The notes: a model not told the origin generated them from the sequence alone. A DNA stretch of 64,000 nucleotides from Octopus sinensis (GCF_006345805.1 NC_043007.1:7440001-7504000), one strand, 5' to 3'. Positions 39,960 through 52,422 are shown, counted from the stretch's first letter. Program-made: numbers and translations.

Positions 39960-40425
39960 TGTTAGGCTTAGAGAGAGTAACTCATGTCGCACAACCTTCT
40001 GTTTCTAAACTAATAACAGATGAACATCCGTACACGGTCAGTTCTTTCTTCATTGACGATTTTTAAGATTTGACAACTCTTAATCCAAATTACGAAAGGT
40101 CATTACATCAGTCGCTCTTTTGATACATGAAGAGCGCCACACGGAAAGGAAACAGATTTGCAGGGACTCCGTTACCGAAAATAAAAAGCATTACCAAAGA
40201 AATGCTGTACTACCCTAGTGACGCGCGCACTCACACATTTACACACGTGACCCGTTCATTCTAGGCATTTTTGTCTCTCATTTTTTTTTGCTCTCAATCC
40301 TTTCTGTCGAAGAGCATAGGCTCGAAACGTCAAGGGCTTTTCCATTTTTCCCAAGTGTCAGACTAATACACCTGCTCGTCGATCCTTCACCTGCCTTTGT
40401 CTTCTTTTTCTGGAAATTCGAAATA
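39960..40425 (+). mobile_element. Penelope-like 3' remnant: decayed GIY-YIG C-terminus plus variant hammerhead-like motif
   Basis: SHVAQ...MNIRTRSVLSSLTIFKI*QLLIQ resembles a PLE endonuclease tail; motif at 40299-40336; duplicate at ~41045-41510. Confidence 0.55.
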
Positions 40426-41506
40426 TAATATATATATATATATTATATATATATATATATATAATATATATATACATATATATATATATACGACAGGCTT
40501 CTTTCAGTCTCTGTCTATCAAATCCACTCACAAGGCTTTAGTCGGCTCGAGAGTACAGTAGAAGATACTTGCCCAAGGTGCCACAGTGGAACTGAACCCG
40601 GAACCATGTGGTTGGAAAGCAAGCTTCTTATCACACAGAACTACATTCAACACACGTAGACACGTACACAAGCAAGCACACATACATTACACACACACAC
40701 GCGCGCGCACACATATACATATCAATATATATTTCTTTACTACCCACAAGGGGCTAAACACAGGGGGACAAACAAGGACAGACAAAGGGATTAAGTCAAT
40801 TACATCGACCCCAGTGTGTAACTGGTACTTAATTTATCGACCCCGAAAGGATGAAAGGCAAAGTCGACCTCGGCGGAATTTGAACTCAGAACGTAACGGT
40901 AGACGAAATACCGATAAGCTTTCGCCCGGCGCGCTAACGTTTCTGCAGCTCGCCGCCTTATATACATATCAATATAGATATACATACATGCTTACACACA
41001 CACGCACACAAATGTGTGCGTGTAGATGGATCTGTAGGTTGATTGTTAGGCTTAGAGAGAGTAACTCATGTCGCACAACCTTCTGTTTCTAAACTAATAA
41101 CAGATGAACATCCGTACACGGTCAGTTCTTTCTTCATTGACGATTTTTAAGATTTGACAACTCTTAATCCAAATTACGAAAGGTCATTACATCAGTCGCT
41201 CTTTTGATACATGAAGAGCGCCACACGGAAAGGAAACAGATTTGCAGGGACTCCGTTACCGAAAATAAAAAGCATTACCAAAGAATGCTGTGTACTACCC
41301 TAGTGACGCGCGCACTCACACATTTACACACGTGACCCGTTCATTCTAGGCATTTTTGTCTCTCATTTTTTTTTGCTCTCAATCCTTCTGTCGAAGAGCA
41401 TAGGCTCGAAACGTCAAGGGCTTTTCCATTTTTCCCAAGTGTCAGACTAATACACCTGCTCGTCGATCCTTCACCTGCCTTTGTCTTCTTTTTCTGGAAA
41501 TTCGAA

Positions 41507-41539
<33 letters not shown>

Positions 41540-41702
41540 GGCGCAGAAATGGTAAGTAGCTTGCTTACCAACCACATGGTCCGGGTTCATTCCCACTGCG
41601 TGACACCTCGGGTGAGTGTTTTCTACTATAGCCTCGGGCTGATCAAAGCCTTGTGAGTGTATTTGGTAGACGGAAACTGAAAGAAGTCTATATATATATG
41701 TC

Positions 41703-41735
<33 letters not shown>

Positions 41736-41830
41736 ATGTGTCTGATTGTCCCCCCCAACATCGCTTAACAACCGAAGGTGGTGTATTTACATCTCCGTAA
41801 CTTAGCGATTCGGAAAAAGAGAATAAATAA
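41540..41830 (+). mobile_element. SINE family B
   Basis: ggcgcagaaatggtaagtagcttgcttaccaaccacatgg ... ccgtaacttagcgattcgg. Confidence 0.85.
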
Positions 41831-41880
41831 AACAATCACCCAAGTATTTTTTCCAATAGTTTCTGAGTTGTGTATGGAAC

Positions 41881-42830
41881 GTGTCACCAAAGAGTGACAG
41901 GAACACCAACAGCTTCTCTGACGGCCACATTAGCGCTTATAGCAGCAGCAGCAGCAGCAGCAGGTCCGGTGTCCCTGCCAGCAATAATAGCAACAGCAGC
42001 AGCAGCGACAGTGGCCCTAGCAGAAACCCCAGTAGAACCACAGCTAATGACAACTCTGGCAACAATAGCAACTCTCCCACCAATGACGAGGACCACAATA
42101 ACAACAACAGCACCTTCACAATAACCGATGCCACCACAACCACCAACACCAGCAGCCCCAGTTCCAACCACAACGATGTCGGCAGCAGCAACAACAGCAA
42201 CACCAGCAGATACAGCACTGAAAGAACATACCCGGGGAGATACATTGGATGCTCCGGGAACTCTTTCAACCAACGCCTCTCCAGCCAAAGGTCCTCCTTC
42301 GGAGTTCCGGAAAGGAGATATGTAACATCACTGGCCAGCCACGTCTGGCAACTAAGAGACGATGGGATTCCATACTCGATTTCATTGAAAATCCTCGAGA
42401 ACCAAGGCCCCTACAACAACGGGACGAAACGTTGCAAGTTATGCACAGCCGAACGCGCGAGATTTCTAAAAGACTCATTCGAGCCAGGGTCATCCTTAAC
42501 TCCAGAACGGAAATTTTCGGGCCATGTTTACATTTCAGGAGGTTCCTGCTAGCTTTTTAAAGCCCACAGATGGGGGCACAGCCGGAAGTCGATAGCTAAT
42601 AGCAAGGGGAGATGATCCCCAGTTGTTCATTTTGAGTAGTAAGGCGTTTCCTTCTCCATATTTTAAAGAAGTCTTGGATCAACAGATTTTGAAATCTGAC
42701 GATACACCATAAAGCTAAACCCTTTATGGACGGGAAACCAGGGTAATCTCATAAACCAGCCTTCCTCATTTTTAATATATACTGCTCTATATTTTAGAGT
42801 GTACTTCTTTCTGATTTAGTTTTTTACAGA
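41881..42830 (+). mobile_element. Penelope-like (Neptune-type) element 3' part: Ser/Asn-rich linker, GIY-YIG endonuclease, terminal repeat with hammerhead motif
   Basis: YIGCSGNSFNQRL...TSLASHVWQLRDDGIPYSISLKIL...PYNNGTKRCKLCTAE; the C-terminal LNSRTEIFGPCLHFRRFLL is in a shifted frame. Confidence 0.88.
42690..42751 (+). ncRNA. Degenerate type I hammerhead ribozyme motif
   Basis: tgaaat-CTGACGA-taca-ccataaag/ctttatgg-acgg-GAAAC-cagg-GTA-atctca; stem I 5/6 bp, stem II base imperfect. Confidence 0.55.
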
Positions 42831-42927
42831 TGATATATGTATATGTGTGTATTTACATATATATATATATACATATATATATATATGTGTGTGTGTGTAT
42901 TTACATATATATATATATATATATATA

Positions 42928-44434
42928 AATGAATGTTTTTATATATAATGAACGTGAAATACAGGAAGGGACGAACACGGAACACAGACAAATCATTCGA
43001 AGCCTTCAATCTTCAGTCAGACACCGAATCATCATAGCAAATTTCGGCTGTTCAATTCTGATATTGCTCCAACTCGGCCAGCCCCAAGAAAAAAACTAAG
43101 CTGTAAGCATTAGATTTCTTGGTAGAAGACAGGAATGTGAACGCACAAGACGGATGTGAATACAAGAGACGAAAACGAAATTGAAAACAGTAATGAATAA
43201 ACAAAACATATATAACGATGGTTGTCATACGACTTTAGACCAAATGAGACAAAAACACAACAACAACATAGCTGGCGTAGAAATAATTACCGTTTCGGTA
43301 GCGGGGACACATGTTGGTCGAGATACGAAGGCCAACAGAATGGTTTAAGAAGCAGCAGGTCGCAGAGAGAGAGAAAAAGAGAGACAGAGAGAGAGGGAAT
43401 CAAAGAGGCTGGAAGGCAGGGGACAGAATCAGTGACCAAGAGAAAAGGAGAAAGAAGGGATTAAGGAGGATGGGAGGAAGAGGGGAGGAAGAGAGGGGAA
43501 GAATCGGAGGGCGCCAAAAAGTTTGGTGAAGAAGCAATGGCGGGTAGTAAAAGACAGTGTGTATAGAAGTCGTGCAGGGTTTAAAATTGGACAAACAAAC
43601 GGGGGGGTGCACGTAACGCCGCAATAATATAAGAATGAATGTTTTTATATATAATGAACGTGAAATACAGGAAGGGACGAACACGGAACACAGACAAATC
43701 ATTCGAAGCCTTCAATCTTCAGTCAGACACCGAATCATCATAGCAAATTTCGGCTGTTCAATTCTGATATTTGCTCCAACTCGGCCAGCCCCAAGAAAAA
43801 AACTAAGCTGTAAGCATTAGATTTCTTGGTAGAAGACAGGAATGTGAACGCACAAGACGGATGTGAATACAAGAGACGAAAACGAAATTGAAAACAGTAA
43901 TGAATAAACAAAACATATATAACGATGGTTGTCATACGACTTTAGACCAAATGAGACAAAAACACAACAACAACATAGCTGGCGTAGAAATAATTACCGT
44001 TTCGGTAGCGGGGACACATGTTGGTCGAGATACGAAGGCCAACAGAATGGTTTAAGAAGCAGCAGGTCGCAGGAGAGAGAGAAAAAGAGAGACAGAGAGA
44101 GAGGGAATCAAAGAGGCTGGAAGGCAGGGGACAGAATCAGTGACCAAGAGAAAAGGAGAAAGAAGGGATTAAGGAGGATGGGAGGAAGAGGGGAGGAAGA
44201 GAGGGGAAGAATCGGAGGGCGCCAAAAAGTTTGGTGAAGAAGCAATGGCGGGTAGTAAAAGACAGTGTGTATAGAAGTCGTGCAGGGTTTAAAATTGGAC
44301 AAACAAACGGGGGGGTGCACGTAACGCCGCAATAATATAAGAATGAATGTTTTTATATATAATGAACGTGAAATACAGGAAGGGACGAACACGGAACACA
44401 GACAAATCATTCGAAGCCTTCAATCTTCAGTCAG
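42928..44434. repeat. Head-to-tail array of a ~707-bp non-coding element (2 units plus ~92 bp), flanked by (TA)n/(TG)n
   Basis: aatgaatgtttttatatataatg at 42928, 43634 and 44342; related single copies at 54780-55480 and 58575-58770. Confidence 0.95.
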
Positions 44435-44485
<51 letters not shown>

Positions 44486-44907
44486 GTATACATATATATA
44501 ACAAATGAGTCTCTCTATATGTGTGTGTAGAATTGACGAAATAAGTATGTGTATATATAAATATTCTCATATATGTATGTGTGTACAGATAGACGTGCGT
44601 GTGTGTGTGTGTCTTTTATACACGCATTCAATTATATGTATACATACACACATTCGCATACATACACGCACACATTCTAACATTATAATCTACGAAACTA
44701 CTTTTACGACACTTTAATGGTTTTATAGCAAATAAAAATAAGTCTATTGGCAGAATTATTATAGTTTGACTAAACCTCAACATTTTTCCCGACACCACAA
44801 CAAACCACTATCAACACCCATGCCACCACCACCACCACCAACAGCAACAACAACAACATCATCAATTAGAATTCTAGCTCAAAAGATTAAATAATCCGAA
44901 GAATGAT

Positions 44908-45315
44908 GCGCAGGAGTGGCTGTGTGGTAAGTAGCTTGCTAACCAACCACATGGTTCCAGGTTCAGTCCCACTGCCTGGCACCTTGGGCAAGTGTCTTCT
45001 ATAGCCTCTGGCCAACCAAAGCCTTGTGAGTGGATTTGGTAGACGGAAACTGGAAGAAGCCCGTCGTATATATGTATATATATCTATGTGTGTATATATT
45101 TGTGTGTCTGTGTTTGTCCCCCCACCATTGCTTGACAACCGATGCTGGTGTGTTTACGTCCCCGTAACTTAGCGGTTCCGCAAAAGAGACTGATAGAATA
45201 AGTACTAGGCTTACAAAGAATAAGTCCTGGGATCGATTTACTCGACTAGAAGGCGGTGCTCCAGCATGGCCGCAGTCAAATGACTGAAACAAGTAAAAGA
45301 GAGTAAAGAGAGAAT
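44908..45315 (+). mobile_element. SINE family B, full length
   Basis: tRNA-like head, CORE-like box, internal microsatellite, 3' ggcggtgctccagcatggccgcagtcaaatgactgaaacaagtaaaaga. Confidence 0.92.
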
Positions 45316-45710
45316 ATTCGTTGGTAGAAACGTTGTGGAATTGACATGAAACCGTATCAACGAATGCCCCCATGACGAACCTAACACTGTAAACCTCACA
45401 AATACGCAATATTCACTAACTGTTTTGAGTGAACCAACTTTTATTCGGATTATATTTAACAAAGATATAATGGAACTCGGTAATTAGAATGTTCCCATGT
45501 GATATCGATGCTAAAGGAACACTTTCCATTGAAATACGAAGTCTCATTTGTGAGTTATTTTAACCACCCATTGAGAGAGGCTATTAACGATAGTGATAAA
45601 CAGTATGGAAAAAAGTAGATTCCACTCATAATTTCATTAAAATATATATGTATATATGAGGGTATATGCAAACACATACATACATACATACATATATATA
45701 TATGTATATA

Positions 45711-45746
<36 letters not shown>

Positions 45747-46019
45747 TGTATGTATGTATGTATGTATGTATGCATATGTGTCTAAATATGATTGCATTTG
45801 CATTTGTATATACATCATTCTGTGTAACTACGAGCTTCATAGGCACAGAGTAGTTTTAATAGCACATATACATGCGTCTATGGACGAATGAAAAAAAACA
45901 GGATATATTCAAATATTTACGTATTTATGTGGTGTGTGTGTGGCTGGGGTGAGTGAGTGTGAGTGTGCGTGTGTCTGTCTGTCTGTCTGTTTGTGTATTT
46001 TGTCTTTATTCTGTTCCTT

Positions 46020-46616
46020 TTTTCAGTAGTTTCAGTACGAGAGCCGTGGTATTGCTGGTTTTGCTACAGACTCATTACTTGAAACCTATTCTGATGTGTG
46101 TCATTTGGTGAATGAGGGAGTTTGATATTGTTGCCCGCAGTTGTGTTTCCGCCATGTAGGTTTATTCATAATTCTTGACGGGAGCAGATCTAGTTATGCT
46201 TGAAAAAAATCTACATCCACCCCAGGTAGGTTAAGTCCTATATCTTAATAACGATGTTGGGAATTTTTATACAATGCAGCGGTACCCCGGTTCTGTTTTT
46301 GTATAACTTCCAATACTAACATTTGGTTCAAGTCCTTCCAGGATCTTCCAGATGCATAGCACTGCATATCCTTCCGGCCTTCGTTCTGTGTAGAGTCTTA
46401 AATTTTCAGCCTTTCCTAATGGCTGACACACGTTGTATTGAGACGATCCATTTTGTGTAGCTTCGCTGGATTGCTTCGAGTTCTGGCATTACTTAGACAC
46501 AGTATGATGACCATAGATGGGAGCTGTAATTTAGGTGACTGAGGACAAGGGTCCTCAAGAGGACCATCATGGATTCCTACAAATTTGTTCTGAAAAGTTC
46601 CATGTGTGCCTCTGTA
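46020..46616 (-). mobile_element. CR1-clade LINE 3' fragment, decayed
   Basis: LFRT...[20 protein letters not shown]...[11 protein letters not shown]...WKILEG on the minus strand, followed by a 3' UTR ending ccacggctctcgtactgaaactac. Confidence 0.85.
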
Positions 46617-46617
46617 T

Positions 46618-46662
<45 letters not shown>

Positions 46663-46673
46663 TACATACATAT

Positions 46674-46772
<99 letters not shown>

Positions 46773-47151
46773 TGGATATATATATATATATATATATATA
46801 TAGATATATATATATATATAATTCTGTGTGCGTGTGTGTATGTGTGTGTGTAATTTCTTTGTATGGCTACGTTGGTGTTACGGTCCACGATCTTCAGGCG
46901 AGAATTCGCGCCAAGATTGCAGAAGCGTGAAACTTAAATCACGAAGCAAACAAATTCGATATAAATCCGTCCCACAACACGTAATGAGATACTTTATTTG
47001 CTTTCATTATAAAACCAGAGTATGTTTTGAATTTTATGAGCGTATATCCATGCGTGTTAGTACGCGTTTGGGACCGTGCGCGCTTATATATGTGCTTAAA
47101 TAACATGTTCAAGGAATAGAAAGCATTTACCAATCGTCCATATATGTATAT

Positions 47152-47189
<38 letters not shown>

Positions 47190-47193
<4 letters not shown>

Positions 47194-47585
47194 TTTTATT
47201 CTTTTTTTTGTTTCAGTCATCTGACTGTGGCCATGCTGGAGCACCGCTTTTAATCAAACAAATCAACCCCAGGACTTATTCATTGTAAGCTTAGTACTTA
47301 TTCTATCGGTCTCTTTTCCTGAACCGCTAAGTTACGGAGACGTAAACACACCTACATCGGTTGTCGAGCGATAGTAGGGAGTACAAACACAGACACACAA
47401 AAACATACACACATACATACATATGTATATATATAATATATATATATATATACGACGGGCTTCTTTCAGTTTCCATCTACCAAATCCACTCAAGGCTTTG
47501 GTCGGTCCGAGAGTATAGTAGAAGACACTTGCCCAACGTCTCCGCAGTGGGACTGAACCCGGAACCAGGTGTTGGTAAGCAAATT
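47190..47585 (-). mobile_element. SINE family B
   Basis: ttcagtcatctgactgtggccatgctggagcaccgc ... gtgggactgaacccggaacc. Confidence 0.88.
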
Positions 47586-47593
47586 ACATATAT

Positions 47594-47626
<33 letters not shown>

Positions 47627-47734
47627 TTATATGTATGTAAATATATGTACATATTTATATGTGTGCATATATGATATATGTATATATATGTATATATATG
47701 TATATATATATATGTTTATGTATATATATGCATG

Positions 47735-47779
<45 letters not shown>

Positions 47780-47826
47780 GTGTGTATATATATAGAGAGA
47801 ATTGTGTATATATATATATATAGAAT

Positions 47827-47880
<54 letters not shown>

Positions 47881-48022
47881 ATATATGATTTGATGTATCT
47901 TGTTTATTTGTTATTTTTTTTCTCCTTTCGGCTTCTTTTGCTTTTCTCACGCAGTTCACTATTCCAGCTTTCACGGTGTTATTATATCAAACGTACTGTT
48001 AATAGATTGCAAAAAAGAAGAA

Positions 48023-48053
<31 letters not shown>

Positions 48054-48465
48054 TAATAATAATACCAACACATCCTTATTTTATCATTCTTTTCGGCACG
48101 TATCATTTAAATGAACTTCGTTGTAAAGGAAAAAGTGTAGTTGAGGAAGAAAAATAAATTTTAAAAAACATAGGAGGAAAAATATAAAAAGAAAATGAGA
48201 AAAAGTGTCTATACATATAATCCAAATAAGGCAGAGAAAAACTTTATACATACACACACACACACACACACAAACACACCACACACACACACACATATAT
48301 ATATATATACATCCGTGTGGAGGTAGTGAAGAGTATATTGGGGAGGTGACGAAAACAGGAAATTTATTTCGGTCAGATTGGAAATCAAAGAGTGCTGAAG
48401 TTCGAAGACTCGATTCCGTGTCGTGAAGAATACGGAAAGAGGATCGCTTTTTGTTTGTTTTTTGT

Positions 48466-48497
<32 letters not shown>

Positions 48498-48614
48498 TCA
48501 GTTTTAGTTTGGAAGTTAAATCGAAGGACAATTACGAACACTCACAAATACACCTGTACGTTTTTCACAAATACACACACACACGCAAACACACATACAT
48601 ACAAACATACACAC

Positions 48615-48652
<38 letters not shown>

Positions 48653-48656
48653 TATA

Positions 48657-50530
48657 CTAGCAGTATAGCCCGGCGTTGGCCGGGATTAAGTTAGGATTAT
48701 TAAGTGATCAAGTGCTTTGTTTCAAACCAGAATAAGTGACACCGACATGAAATTTGAGTGAAATCGATTGAAATTAGTAAACATTTGGCTTAAAATGGGT
48801 TGCAGGCAATTTGATTGGGAAATCCCATAAGGAATCGGTTTATCGATTATTTCCACCCGTCGATTTTTTTTTTTTTTGTTTTTTTTGGTTTTTTTTTTTG
48901 AGAACTTAAACCATTCTAAGATCCCATGAGTCCTAAGTAATGCTGGCATCAAGCTTGAGCAAAATATGTCAAAATTTGTAAAAGTTATCGCTGAAAATGG
49001 GGTGTAGCCAATTTTATTGGGAAATCCTATAAGGAATCGGTTTATCAATTTCTTATCCAGATTGAATGGAAAACCCCAAATGGATGCCTTCCACCGATAA
49101 GTGTTTGGCCTTGAGATTTGTTGATGGACATGGCGAAGCATGGTCTCACCGGGAACTGCGATCTGCGGAAGTTAAACGGCATGATTGACCCCTTGGGATA
49201 AATCTGCATCCTTGAAATGAAAACATTTTCACCCCTTCTGCACTCTGTAGCAATGGTGACCTCAACCAAGTGGGGCGCCAGGAACTAGATTACTAAACGG
49301 GTCCCGTTGCACTGTTTAGGCTGAAGCAAGTTTCTGGTTAGCATAATTGGGCATCCAACCCTTAGCCTAAGAATGTGAGGTTGAAGCCCTGCTGGCTACA
49401 ATGTGTTGAGAAACTCGATAGGATAATTGATAATGTCTTGGGGGTCCGGTCAATTGATTTGTAGACGCGCTCCTCACCCAGAATTCGGCTTATGTGCTGG
49501 TCGTTGATAGCACTGACAGTTACATTTTGGGGTTTCAGGATGGTTCTTTCACTGAGCCAATTGATGTCTGCATAGTTACTTTCCAGATTGAGGAACACTG
49601 TTTCCAAAAGATCGGAAGGGTTGTCCACAGTGTTGCACAGTTCAGAGATGGATATGTCACCCTTATCATTCCTAGGGACCTTGCCTTCTCCAAGGGCTAA
49701 AATGTCTTCAGCAAAAGCTGCAGACGTGCTATCACCAAGCAAGTGCGCACGCATGTTTGTACTCAGGCTTAAGGTCTTAACCTGGGGCCACAACGTAGAC
49801 GACTTAAGGCATGCGCGCACTTCATTAGCCCGATTCCCTTTAGAGGTGACAGGAAGGGTTTGACGGAAATCTCCTGAAATCAATAGAGTTACACCACCCA
49901 TAGAAGCTGTAGAATCCCTGATACCTTTCAGTAATCGATCCAGTGCCTCAAGTGCACACATATTGGTCATTGTGCATTCGTCCCATACAATGAGACAGCA
50001 CTGTCTAAGAACTTCAGCTTCCTCTGAATTTTTGCCAATGTTGCAAGTAGGAACCTCGGCCCTCACCAAATATAAAGGCAGCTTGGATGCCGAGTTCGCC
50101 GTCCTACCTCCCGGAAGTAACTTAGCAGCGATTCCCAAGGAAACAACGGCCAGCGCAATTTGTTCCTCTTGGCGAATCTTAGCAAAGAATTTACCGGTAC
50201 ATCCAGGAGCATCGAGGAATGCCGCCCGCCTGTTTTTCAACGGCACTGACGACAGTTTCGTACACCAACCTCTGACCAGGGAGCAATCTCGCTTCATTTA
50301 CTCTCAGGTACTCCGCAAGGCCATCAGCGTCATACAACAACCCCAGAAGAAACTTTGGTGGGAGTTTGTTAACGTCCTGTCACAATGAGGATGGCAAACT
50401 GAATGTGTTCAATGCTGCCATTTTGAGCAGAGCATGCTCGATTTCAATCAGCGCATTATTGTAGATCAGGTCGTTGTATTCAATGTCAACATTAGAGCAC
50501 TGTTGCTTTTCTGGTCATCATTTGCCTTGA
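48657..50530 (-). mobile_element. Helitron remnant: PIF1-like helicase region and canonical 3' terminus
   Basis: FLDAPGCTGK, LIVWDEC, LLISGDFRQTLPV, LSTNMRA, CNGTRL, FAMSINKSQGQTL; 3' hairpin cccggc-gttg-gccggg (48669-48684) then CTAG at 48657-48660 followed by T. Confidence 0.93.
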
Positions 50531-51368
50531 CCACCGAGAAAGCAAAATTACGTACAGAGAATTTCATAAACAGAAATGAATGGAAAAAAGGTTTTAGATT
50601 AAATTTTTAGATTAACACTGGCACGATTTTCACTAAGAAAAAAAAATCGGAATTTTTGCGTGGAATCAGCTGCCCTGGCCTCCTAGTATGCTACAAAACG
50701 CTTTTTGTGGTCCGAAAAACGGGGTGTGGTGTGGTGGAGTGTGACTGGTCTGAGGAGGAACCCCATTCCATAAATGTGAAAACCCGTAAGATCGTGACAT
50801 CAAAAGGAAACTTCCAAAGTAACAGTGATATTACAGAAGGGGATAGAGCCTGAAGAGGAGTGCAAACAACCTTCGCATATCATATAGTAACTCTCAGACA
50901 GCACTTACTAAACAACAGTAGCAAAAAATAAATGCATATCTAAATCAAATAATGAAAAGTGAAGTAAACAATATCTCAGGTGTTGGTAGTAAACTCCCCA
51001 AGAAACAACCTCTTCCTCATTGTCAGCCCCAGAACAGGCAGACTAACATACCTCAACGAAGGCCTGGGTGTGAAAGGCTCAGCATATCAAAAACAGAGGT
51101 TGTACTTTGGGTATCTTTCACGAAGATAAAACTAACATCGACGTAAAGAGCAGCCTTTCTTGGACTCGTGACCGCTACAGCATACTACACTCCGAGTCCT
51201 GTGCTTGTGTAACCCAAGAACAAGAAGCTGCTACAAAGTACATTATAAGCAAAAGAAAGAATGGAACCACTGAAGCCCCAAGATAAGGCCGAAAATATCG
51301 AATTTGTAACATTTCCATTGAAGGACATCACACGTGACTAGCAACTATCCAGAAATCCCATCAAATTC

Positions 51369-51401
<33 letters not shown>

Positions 51402-51545
51402 AATAATATATATATATATGAAGATTTCTCTTGAATGAAACAGTTCTAGTCCTGTAGAAGCTCCTTCTATATAATAAATTAATTTTACTCTACTATGTAT
51501 TGAGTACCTTATTTACTGTGGTTAACCCCGAATCAACCCGGGACC

Positions 51546-51585
<40 letters not shown>

Positions 51586-51724
51586 AGTGTACCATTTGCG
51601 AGAAAGTGTGCAAGACAGCAGCTGGATGGAAGGTACACATGTGGTGTCACAAGGCTTAGGAATTGTTGAAGGTTATTTAATGAACCCTCATTCATCGTCT
51701 TCGGTATATAGAATCCACCATATA

Positions 51725-51809
<85 letters not shown>

Positions 51810-51812
51810 TAT

Positions 51813-51845
<33 letters not shown>

Positions 51846-51851
<6 letters not shown>

Positions 51852-52149
51852 TAAGAGAGTGGTCACTATGTGGCTCATTCTAGCACTAGTAATAGATCCA
51901 ATAGGTTTCAACCACAAAAATACATGTTCCCATGAAAGTCAGTACGATTGTTAGCTCACACGAACAGGGCAAATAGCGAAACAATTGTCCCAAAATAATC
52001 TGTATTTTTGTTATTTTTTATTTGCCCTGTTCGTGTGAGCTAACAATCGTACTGACTTTCATGGGAAACATGTATTTTTGTGGTTGAAACCTATTGGATC
52101 TATTACTAGTGCTAGAATGAGCCACATAGTGACCACTCTCTTATATTTA
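51846..52149. mobile_element. Foldback/MITE-like element with ~130-bp near-perfect inverted arms, TA-flanked
   Basis: Arms 51846-51975 and 52019-52149 differ by one indel; 43-bp spacer. Confidence 0.9.
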
Positions 52150-52276
52150 TTTTTGTATAAAATATTATAATACGTTATAAAATATTATAATAATCCAGGT
52201 TTCTCGGGGCACTGGGCCACTTGGTGTTGAATAGGTATACTATTAAATTAGTATCTAATTCTCTCACCCTTATTAA

Positions 52277-52313
<37 letters not shown>

Positions 52314-52339
52314 CATGTACTTATATACATATACACAGG

Positions 52340-52422
<83 letters not shown>

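Larger units (their letters stand above)
39330..41510. repeat. Tandem duplication of a ~1088-bp unit with breakpoints in (TA)n tracts
   Basis: cgacaggcttctttcagtc at 39403 and 40491; both copies end tggaaattcgaaatat. Confidence 0.95.

Noticed and set aside
42985-43025. Hammerhead in the 707-bp element (minus-strand CTGAAGA...CTTCGAATG)
   Set aside because: No GAAA, no stem I or III pairing in any of the related copies.
50560-51330. Unassigned sequence upstream of the Helitron helicase
   Set aside because: No Rep motifs, termini or recognisable ORF, so it cannot be assigned.
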